64,000 bases of DNA from an uncultured Clostridia bacterium (lineage in GTDB: Bacteria; Bacillota; Clostridia; TANB77; CAG-508). Where the stretch lies: positions 932 through 64,931 of the forward strand of contig CAKPHD010000001.1 in NCBI GenBank assembly GCA_934155625.1. Reading direction: 5' to 3'. Positions within the stretch are counted from its first letter, which is position 1, and each line of letters begins with the position of its first letter. The notes under the pieces were generated by a model. It saw only the letters and a list, made by a program, of their open reading frames with translations. It was not told the origin of the DNA and made no database searches. The position numbers were made by a program, and so were the translations under genes. This document shows positions 49,201 to 57,231 of this stretch, in pieces.

Positions 49201-50325
49201 TTATTTTAACCTCACTTCTTTTGCCTGTAACATATATTTATCAATTCTATCTTTAAATCTATCTTCTATTGGTTTTAAAGATATTAATTTTCTAGTTTTC
49301 ATAACTATAAGCTTATCTGCTATCATCTGTTTTAAATCTTTATCAGATAAATCTGGATTAAGCTCAATTATTTTTTCTATTAAATTATCTGTTAATTCTT
49401 TCCTTGCTTTATTATCTTCTACCGCACTTTTTCTTTGTCCTTTTAACTTTTCTGCAACATTATTATTCTTAAATATTAAGTGCATTAAATAGATATTTTC
49501 ATCAACTAGTTTTTTTGCAATTCCTTTTTCTTCATATTCTTTATTTGCTTTTACAGCTTTATCTTTAATTTCCATCTGGTCACTTAAATAATTCCACAAT
49601 TTAAGTGCATATTGAAAATGTACGTTTTTAAGTAATACATTTGTCATTTTTATTGGAGATTTTACAAGTGTAACCCTTTTTGAATCGAGTAATTGATATA
49701 CTGGAGTTGTTTTTAAATCTTTTAATTTCTTTTTAATATCTTGAATTCTTTGTGCTGTTCCTACTGATTTTCTAACACTTGTAGGCATCTCTGCATCATA
49801 ATTAAAATTAACTTTAATTTTTTCTTTTTTATATTTTATTTCAGCCTGATAATTAGCTTTTTGTTGATTTTTTCCTTTATAATCTGTTTGTTGACCTTTT
49901 TCACGTAAATACATATAGTCTTCTATTAATTTTATAAGACTGTATAAAAAACGGTTCTCATATGTAATAAAAGTTTCTTCTTTATACGCATTTAATATTT
50001 TTTTAGGTATTACCTCACCTGTTTGTTGGTTAAATCTATCAACATAGTTTACATTTTTAGATAAATTTTTTACACTTTCTACTGTTACTTTTTTAATTAA
50101 CTCAATTTTTATTATTTCTTCTTCTGTAATAATGTTTTTTATCTCTTTTGTTAGAGCTTTCTCTATATGAGGAAGTGAAAACTCAACCATCTCTATCCAT
50201 TCATCATTCTCTACTATTTGATTTTTATTAACATCCACCATTAACTTTGAATCAACTTTATTAAGAAATTCCTGTGATGATTGTCCAGTTTCCATATTCG
50301 CAAGTTTTATTACATCTAAGTCCAT
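49201..50325 (-). CDS. Hypothetical protein (374 aa) immediately downstream of the AAA_5 ATPase. Putative partner subunit.
   Basis: No TM segment. K/E-rich. Gene order resembles ATPase-plus-partner pairs. Confidence 0.45.
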   Translation of the reverse strand: MDLDVIKLANMETGQSSQEFLNKVDSKLMVDVNKNQIVENDEWIEMVEFSLPHIEKALTKEIKNIITEEEIIKIELIKKVTVESVKNLSKNVNYVDRFNQQTGEVIPKKILNAYKEETFITYENRFLYSLIKLIEDYMYLREKGQQTDYKGKNQQKANYQAEIKYKKEKIKVNFNYDAEMPTSVRKSVGTAQRIQDIKKKLKDLKTTPVYQLLDSKRVTLVKSPIKMTNVLLKNVHFQYALKLWNYLSDQMEIKDKAVKANKEYEEKGIAKKLVDENIYLMHLIFKNNNVAEKLKGQRKSAVEDNKARKELTDNLIEKIIELNPDLSDKDLKQMIADKLIVMKTRKLISLKPIEDRFKDRIDKYMLQAKEVRLK

Positions 50326-50354
50326 TTTTTATATCCTTTCTACAAGCTTTTATT

Positions 50355-51908
50355 TTATGACATTTTTTTCAATCTTAATAAAAATTCTATACATTCTGCC
50401 ATTTTGCCTTTTCCAAAGTTTTTATCCAAGAAGTCTATGTATCCATCAATTTCATCTCTAATTAAAGCTAAGTTTAATCCTTCAAATTTTCTTAAAACTT
50501 TTTTAGCCATGAAATAATCTACAGCTTCTGTTTCGTCTCCACCACAAGCTACATAAACAGGTACGAATTTTCTCATATGTTTTACAATACGGTTACCAAA
50601 AGCAACTCTGAAGTGCTTAATTGTATAGTTATCCATGTCATCAATTTTCTTTAAAGTAGCTGGTGAAATTGCATAATCTACCATAGCTTTTTCGAATAAT
50701 CCATTTAAGTATGAATAATTTACATCAAGTGCATCAACATCATCTGGCTCAAATGCAATACCCTTTTCGTTGATATCTATAGGCATAGCTCTATCGTATA
50801 CCTTATCTGTTACCATGAATGTAGAGTCGTCGTTGTTGATTGTTCCGATATACCAAGCATTTGGTGGAATTTGTAATTTTCCTCTTATTAATTTTTTGGG
50901 GTCTGTTGGCCATGAGCTTTGTACAACTTCAATCTTCCAATCCTTTGTGCTGTGCATTTCTAGGATTGATAACATTTCTGCAAAATAGTACTCAACACGC
51001 GCTAAGTTCATCTCGTCTAGGATTACTGTAAATATTTCATCCGTATATCCAGCTTCATATAAATATGCTAAGAAGTCTGTCTCGTTAAACTTTTTAGTGA
51101 ATTCGTTTAAGTACCCAAATATATCTGTTCTATCTCTCCAAGAGGGCTGTACTGAAGCTACACAAGATGGGTGTTTTACAAAGTTACCCCAAGCAAGTGA
51201 TATAGAGGTCTTACCTGTACCAGAGATACCCTGTAGGATAACTAGCTTTGTTGAAGCTATAGCTGATACGAATAATCTTATCATCTTTTCACTATAATAC
51301 AATTTTAATTTACTTGCAGCAAAATTTCTGAATTTATAACAAAATTCTGGTAAAGTAAATGAATTGTGATAATCTTTTTGCTTATATTTTGCATATTCTT
51401 GATCTATTAATGTTAATTTAGAGAATCTGCTTTGGCTATTAGGGTCAATTTGTTCTTCATTATTTTCTTGTGATTGAGCAGCAGCATATGCAGCTCTATC
51501 AGCACCTGTACTTATTCCATTTGGATTAACACCTAATTCTGGAGTCTTCATAGATAATAATTTTAATTTTTCATCTACAAGCTCTTCCACTTGATCATTT
51601 AAAGTATCAATTTGTTTTAATAATTCTTCTTGGTCAATAATTTTCTTTCTCCATTTCATATGTTTCTTTAAGAAAAATACAATTATTCCAACTATACTTC
51701 CAATAACTACAAGCATACAAATAATAGCCAATCCTGTCAAAAACCATTCTGACATCTTAAAATCATTTGCATAATTTTGAATTATCAAATAATATTCTGG
51801 TACATTAAATATATTTAAAATACCTTTCCATAGTCCTCCAAATATCTCTCCAAAACCTGAAAAGAATTGGTGTAAAAACTCAAATAAAAATCTTCCGTAT
51901 GTTTCCAT
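50355..51908 (-). CDS. Membrane-anchored AAA_5 (MoxR/McrB-like) ATPase: N-terminal TM helices, coiled coil, Walker A GISGTGKTS, Walker B/sensor ILDEMNLA
   Basis: Motifs read directly. DEMNLA...YFAEM matches the McrB/MoxR DEINRA...FGEL pattern. Confidence 0.65.
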   Translation of the reverse strand: METYGRFLFEFLHQFFSGFGEIFGGLWKGILNIFNVPEYYLIIQNYANDFKMSEWFLTGLAIICMLVVIGSIVGIIVFFLKKHMKWRKKIIDQEELLKQIDTLNDQVEELVDEKLKLLSMKTPELGVNPNGISTGADRAAYAAAQSQENNEEQIDPNSQSRFSKLTLIDQEYAKYKQKDYHNSFTLPEFCYKFRNFAASKLKLYYSEKMIRLFVSAIASTKLVILQGISGTGKTSISLAWGNFVKHPSCVASVQPSWRDRTDIFGYLNEFTKKFNETDFLAYLYEAGYTDEIFTVILDEMNLARVEYYFAEMLSILEMHSTKDWKIEVVQSSWPTDPKKLIRGKLQIPPNAWYIGTINNDDSTFMVTDKVYDRAMPIDINEKGIAFEPDDVDALDVNYSYLNGLFEKAMVDYAISPATLKKIDDMDNYTIKHFRVAFGNRIVKHMRKFVPVYVACGGDETEAVDYFMAKKVLRKFEGLNLALIRDEIDGYIDFLDKNFGKGKMAECIEFLLRLKKMS

Positions 51909-51911
51909 ATT

Positions 51912-52952
51912 TTATTTCATCCTTTCGACAATTACATCATCACGTTTGATTTCTTTGTACAATTTTAAATCATTTGGTACAATAACTAATTTAAACATCC
52001 TTAATTTTTCTACATCATCTGCACTCTTTAAAGTGTCATCTAATGTAATTACAAAATTATAACCTTTTTTTATGTATTCAAGCACACTTTTTTGATTTTT
52101 TATATAATCTGCATATGTAATATTTAAAATAATTTTTTCTTGTAAAGCTTGATTTCCAATTAAAGATAAAATTCCATTTAATTTCTGTTTCTTTTTAAAT
52201 AAAGAACTTTCAAATTCAGCTATATAAGTATCTTTAAAATTCCCATTAATAATATCTCTAATTGCAACTGTACTTAATAATATATATTCAATTTGCAATT
52301 TATCTTCTGCAATTATTCCTTCAGTAAAAACCTTTTCTATTGCAGAATCACTGTATTGCATTGGCATTTTTATATTATGATTTAAATAAACATAATACAT
52401 TTCTTCGTTAAACTCGGTATTTTCAAACTCTAATGAAAATTCATCTGTATCAAATTTATCTAAATACACATCTTTTTCAATCATATCATTTTTTACTTCT
52501 TTATAAAGCTGTTCTTCTATGTCTTTTGGCTTTTTTACTTCATAATATGATTCTATTAATTCTAAGATTTTTTTGATAATTTCATGTAAACTATCAATTG
52601 TCTTAAAATTTTCAATATTTCTTACATTGTCAAAAAATAACACATATCCAAAAACTTCTTTAATAATGTGAATTAAATTCAATTTAGCTTGCTTTTCATC
52701 TAAAGTCTCAGACTCTTCTTCACATTTTTCCATTAAAATATCTTCTTTATATTCTAATTCATCTAATATTCTCAAATAAAACGCCCTAGCTGGCTTGTCT
52801 GTATTTCTTATATTATAATATCTAGCATTTATATATGTTTTTAAATATTCATTAACTAATTCTTCATTATAATTTGTGTTAAATATAATTTTCATATATT
52901 TTTTTATTTTTTTCTCTGTAAAATTCAAATATGTATCCATTAAATTGTTCAT
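51912..52952 (-). CDS. Hypothetical cytoplasmic protein (346 aa), first gene of the AAA_5 trio
   Basis: ORF 4 nt from the ATPase gene. Confidence 0.45.
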   Translation of the reverse strand: MNNLMDTYLNFTEKKIKKYMKIIFNTNYNEELVNEYLKTYINARYYNIRNTDKPARAFYLRILDELEYKEDILMEKCEEESETLDEKQAKLNLIHIIKEVFGYVLFFDNVRNIENFKTIDSLHEIIKKILELIESYYEVKKPKDIEEQLYKEVKNDMIEKDVYLDKFDTDEFSLEFENTEFNEEMYYVYLNHNIKMPMQYSDSAIEKVFTEGIIAEDKLQIEYILLSTVAIRDIINGNFKDTYIAEFESSLFKKKQKLNGILSLIGNQALQEKIILNITYADYIKNQKSVLEYIKKGYNFVITLDDTLKSADDVEKLRMFKLVIVPNDLKLYKEIKRDDVIVERMK

Positions 52953-52968
52953 TTTCTGCCCCTTTCGA

Positions 52969-53036
52969 TGGGACCGCTGGGACCGGTTCTTTGCGGTACC
53001 TTTTTGGTACTTTGGGGACCGGTTCTTTGCGGTACC
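52969..53036. repeat. Two units of the dispersed repeat
   Basis: gggaccggttctttgcggtacc, twice. Confidence 0.8.
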
Positions 53037-53620
53037 TATTCTACAATTTGTTTTGCATTTATGTCTAATTTTATATATTCCATTATATCTGCATATTCTT
53101 CATATAAATAATTTTCTTTTGGAAATTTTACTTTTATAACAAAGCTATCAGTTTCATCTACTCCTTGTTTCATTTGGTTCTCATCTAATGATATCTTTTT
53201 ATAATATGTTCCATCATCATCTGTAATTATTTCTTGTTGAGCATTTAAAATTTGGCCATTTTTTACAATTTGATATTCTAATGGTAAATTAGTTGTCATT
53301 GTAAGTGTAATTCCATATTCTAAATCAGTTTCTGCTCTTTTACTAATATTTCCATCTTCTTCTTTTTTAAAATTTGATACAGAAAATGTATAATCAAATG
53401 AATTATCTGATGGATATACATCTTTTATTACAATTTTTCCTGTTTTAAAGTCATCATTTACTATCCAAAACGCAACATCTAGGTCTTTATCTGATGTTGC
53501 TGTTGTTTCATATTTAGCTAATGTTCTTCTTATAAGAATTATTGCTATTATTATTATCGCTATTAATAAAAGTACTAAAAGACTTTTTTTAACTTTCTTT
53601 TTATCAAACATTTTCATCAC
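53036..53620 (-). CDS. TasA/camelysin-like secreted protein (194 aa)
   Basis: Signal peptide followed by TLAKYET. Confidence 0.6.
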   Translation of the reverse strand: MMKMFDKKKVKKSLLVLLLIAIIIIAIILIRRTLAKYETTATSDKDLDVAFWIVNDDFKTGKIVIKDVYPSDNSFDYTFSVSNFKKEEDGNISKRAETDLEYGITLTMTTNLPLEYQIVKNGQILNAQQEIITDDDGTYYKKISLDENQMKQGVDETDSFVIKVKFPKENYLYEEYADIMEYIKLDINAKQIVE

Positions 53621-54128
53621 CTGTTTTCTCTTTGTATGAAACCAGTAATATAAATAAAATAACTGTTATACTAATTGGTATTATTACATGTACATCTGAA
53701 AATACTTTTTTCCATATTTCAACATTATTCACAATAAAAACGGTTCTACCAATAACTTCATCTTTTTTTATAGGCTCATCATATGTATTATTAAAGTCAC
53801 CTTTTGCGATTATGGTATCTCCATTTATATTTACTATTCTATGTGTAACTAACACATTTTCTTTTTGGTATGTTATAATATCATTTTCCTTTATTTCATC
53901 ACCTATTTTGATTATTACAATATCACCTTTTTCGATTGTTGGTGACATACTTCCAGTTTCTGTGCTAAGTACTGAATAGCCGAATATATCAATATATTGC
54001 TTGTGTTGTACATTTAATTGAATAAATCCCCAAATAGCAATAATGGCAATGATTCCTAATATAAATATTATTAAATTTACTATAATTTTTTTTATAACTT
54101 CAAATACTTTATTATGCTTCATTGCCAA
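53604..54128 (-). CDS. Signal peptidase I, SipW/S26B type (fourth copy)
   Basis: ETGSMSP, VTHRIVNI, C-terminal TM. Confidence 0.7.
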   Translation of the reverse strand: MAMKHNKVFEVIKKIIVNLIIFILGIIAIIAIWGFIQLNVQHKQYIDIFGYSVLSTETGSMSPTIEKGDIVIIKIGDEIKENDIITYQKENVLVTHRIVNINGDTIIAKGDFNNTYDEPIKKDEVIGRTVFIVNNVEIWKKVFSDVHVIIPISITVILFILLVSYKEKTGDENV

Positions 54129-54753
54129 TCCTTTCTCCTGTATATTGCTTAAAGTTTATCTCTAGAGGTATAGATATTTTTGCATTTTCAGTTTGTCCCA
54201 ATTCTGAATCTGTTGCATTATTTTCTTCAACATTTGCCCACTCAAAATATAATCTGACATAATTTAGATATTTGTCATTTATTTTTGATATTGGAATTAC
54301 TGCTTGATGTTGGTGTTCAGCCAATACAGTATTAATTTCTGTATTAGTAATTTGCTCTGTTCCTCCATCTTTTTTGAAATAATTTTCTACTTTAACTAAA
54401 TTCATTTTTGCAGTTTTGACATCATCTAATTTTAGATTAAGTGTATATAGAATAGACACATCTGTATTTGTTGGATCTATTAGTATATCAAAATATGCTT
54501 GTGTTCCAGGTGCTACTTTTTGACTTTTTACACGGGCAGAATCAATGTATGTTAAATTGTCTTCTGTCATTGTAAAAGTTGCATTTTCTCCACCATTAGA
54601 TATATCTACTCCATTTACTTTTATAGCCCATACACCTAATAAATTGGTATAATCTCCTTGTAGTTGGTCTTTGTATAATGCATACATATTTGCTATTTGG
54701 AACAAAGATATAATTAACATTATTAATACTAAAACTGTTAATAATTTCTTCAT
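54112..54753 (-). CDS. TasA/camelysin-like secreted protein (213 aa), paralogue of 47986..48624
   Basis: WAIKVNG, YFDILID, LYFEWANVEEN, INFKQY. Confidence 0.65.
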   Translation of the reverse strand: MKKLLTVLVLIMLIISLFQIANMYALYKDQLQGDYTNLLGVWAIKVNGVDISNGGENATFTMTEDNLTYIDSARVKSQKVAPGTQAYFDILIDPTNTDVSILYTLNLKLDDVKTAKMNLVKVENYFKKDGGTEQITNTEINTVLAEHQHQAVIPISKINDKYLNYVRLYFEWANVEENNATDSELGQTENAKISIPLEINFKQYTGERIGNEA

Positions 54754-55581
54754 TTATTTTTCCTCTTTTGCAGATTTTGTTGTTTTGGTTGTTTTTGTTG
54801 TAGCCTTTTTAGGCTTTGCTGTAGTTGCTGATTTTGTAGTTGTTGTCTTTTTTGCAGTTGTCTTTTTTGCTGATGTTTTTGAAGTTGTACTTGCTTTTTT
54901 TGTAGTTGCTGTTTTTGATGTAGGAGCTTTCTTTGTTGTAGTTTTCTTTGCTGGAGCTTTTTTTACAACTTTTACTTCTTGAACCTCTTCTTCATCTTCT
55001 GTTTCTTCGTCTTCAGAATCATCTTCATATTCTACTTCTACAGCTTCTTTTTCACGTTTCTTTTTCTTATCTCCAAGATATTTAATTTCCATTACTAAAT
55101 CAAATACTTCTTGTAAGAATAGTAATAAAGAAACAATTACTACGCAGAACAAGTATCCCCATTTAGATTCTAATAAGTTTAAAATATATCCCCATCCTTC
55201 TATAACTACTGTATCACTTGTTTTTCCTATAAAATAGTCATTTGCATAACTTTCTTCATTTTCAACAGCATAAATTATATGGCTTCCTTGTTGTGTTTTT
55301 TCTTGTAAAGTTCTACTTACAACTTCATATTGTTGGCTATTAATTACTTTATATAGTAATATTTCATCTCCACTTTTAACATTTCTGTCATTTGTTTTTT
55401 TGATTAATAATATAGATCCTTGTTTATATTCAGGTTCTAATGAATCATCTTTTACTATATAAACAGTATATCCTCCTAATTCACTATTATTATAGTCATT
55501 ATATGACAATAACAATACTGTAACTGTAATTGCAATTATGGCATATAACACAAATAATATACTACCTAATGCTTTTTTCAT
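54754..55581 (-). CDS. SipW-like S26B paralogue lacking the catalytic His (VVSRT in place of VTHRV), with acidic and K/T-rich C-terminal tails. Probable pseudo-peptidase.
   Basis: DDSLEP Ser box present, His box substituted, C-terminal low-complexity KKTT repeats. Confidence 0.55.
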   Translation of the reverse strand: MKKALGSILFVLYAIIAITVTVLLLSYNDYNNSELGGYTVYIVKDDSLEPEYKQGSILLIKKTNDRNVKSGDEILLYKVINSQQYEVVSRTLQEKTQQGSHIIYAVENEESYANDYFIGKTSDTVVIEGWGYILNLLESKWGYLFCVVIVSLLLFLQEVFDLVMEIKYLGDKKKKREKEAVEVEYEDDSEDEETEDEEEVQEVKVVKKAPAKKTTTKKAPTSKTATTKKASTTSKTSAKKTTAKKTTTTKSATTAKPKKATTKTTKTTKSAKEEK

Positions 55582-55618
55582 ATTTATTCTCCCTTTCTTT
55601 TGTCTATTATGTTTTTTA

Positions 55619-56080
55619 CTACTCTTGTCCTTGATCTTGTTCTTGTATTGGTTCTAATTTTATTCTTTGTGTAGCTGTCATATTTCCTTTGTAGATTACA
55701 CTAATTTCACATTCTTCTCCAACGTCTAAATCTGTATTTGTTCCTGTTCTCATTTGTCCTAATACATTTTCGTCACCATCAATTAATATAGCATTAAATT
55801 CTTCATCTGCAACTTTTTTAGAAGTATTATTAATTATTCTCATTGTTACCATTGTTCTGTCTTGATCTTTTAAATATTCCATATATATTTTTTGTGCATC
55901 CATTCCACTTTCTGTAGTTGTTTCTGGTAATGGAACCACTTGTTCTTCCTCTTGAGTAGAATCTTCTGTTTTGCCTTTTTTATTTTTATTTACTACAACA
56001 ATAGTAATAATAACAACAATTGCTATAATTATTGCAATAAATGTAATTAACATTTTTTTACCTTTTCTTACCTTTTTCAT
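55619..56080 (-). CDS. Small N-terminally anchored membrane protein (153 aa)
   Basis: Single N-terminal TM segment. Confidence 0.45.
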   Translation of the reverse strand: MKKVRKGKKMLITFIAIIIAIVVIITIVVVNKNKKGKTEDSTQEEEQVVPLPETTTESGMDAQKIYMEYLKDQDRTMVTMRIINNTSKKVADEEFNAILIDGDENVLGQMRTGTNTDLDVGEECEISVIYKGNMTATQRIKLEPIQEQDQGQE

Positions 56081-56261
56081 CTTTTTCCTCCTTTTTATCT
56101 AATATATTTTATACCATAACTTGTTTTAAAAGTCTATAGTTTTTATATAGTTTTTAACAAGAAATTTTTTTACATTTTTACTATTTATTGGAACCCTCAA
56201 AACACAAGTTATTTCTTGCATAAATTAGGTTCCATAAATATTTTTTATATTTAACTAGTAG

Positions 56262-57129
56262 TTATTTGTTTGTCACATTAACAACCGCATTCGCATCTCC
56301 GGAAGGATAAGTATAATCTTTGGACATATCAACTTTATAAAATTTAATATACTGTGTAGACTCTTTATTCATATTAAAAGTATATTTTTTTACATACCCT
56401 TTCGAATCTGTTACTTCACTTCCTGCAACCCTGTTCACATAAGAATCATCTGCTAAATCAACTCTTACTACATCAGAATCAAACTCTATAGTTACAGGAT
56501 TTCCACTATCTTGTGCATTTACAACTTTTAGCACAGCATAATTTCTATTTGCAACATCATCTATAGTATAAGTATTAACAGTCTCCTGTTGCACCCTTAA
56601 AACAACCTCACAAGAAATCTCTTTTTGATAAGGAACCTTAGTGCTAGCCTTAATCTTTACTCTAATAGTCTGATTTTTCTCAATTGGGCTTTTTGGAGTA
56701 ACCATTACCATAACTTTACTAAGATTATTTACAACATCTCCTATTTTAGCATATATAACTCCAGTTGTAGAAGTAAGTCCATCAGCTGCATTAATACCGT
56801 AGAGTTACTTTATCAGCATCAGGAGTTTCGCAAGAAACTGAATAATCCAAATCATACTCCATTCTGCTTAAAGTATTAGCATAACTATATAAATCAAAGC
56901 TTATATTATATGTATCAACACCTCCCCAATCCTCATATTGATATGTTGGATTGTTAAGTGTCAATAAATTACTGGTAAAATAAAACTTTCTTGAAGTAAA
57001 ATAAGCTTCTCTTATTCCATTATAAACATATCTTCCAAAAACTGATAATGTCACTATTATAATTAAAATAAATATTACTATAGCAATTTTAAATTTATTT
57101 AATTTTCTATGTCTTTTTGTTTTATTCAT
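56262..57129 (-). pseudogene. TasA/camelysin-like gene split by an apparent frameshift at about 56790 (ORFs 56791..57129 and 56262..56711). The N-terminal part carries a signal peptide and REAYF motif.
   Basis: The downstream frame is open right up to the upstream stop. There is no RBS or start for the second part. Confidence 0.5.
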
Positions 57130-57148
57130 TAGTTAATTAATCCTTTCT

Positions 57149-57228
57149 GGTACCGTTGGTGGTACCGTTGGGACCGGTTCTTTGCGGTACCAAAAATATG
57201 GTACCGTTGGGACCGGTTCTCATCGGTT
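57149..57228. repeat. Two to three units of the dispersed repeat between the giant gene and the next gene
   Basis: ggtaccgttgggaccggttct, twice. Confidence 0.8.
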
Positions 57229-57231
57229 CCA

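Noticed and set aside
49201-51908. Calling the AAA_5 ATPase plus its partner a McrBC restriction system
   Set aside because: The ATPase has N-terminal transmembrane helices instead of a DNA-binding domain. I could not recognise a PD-(D/E)xK nuclease motif in the partner by eye. The role is left open.
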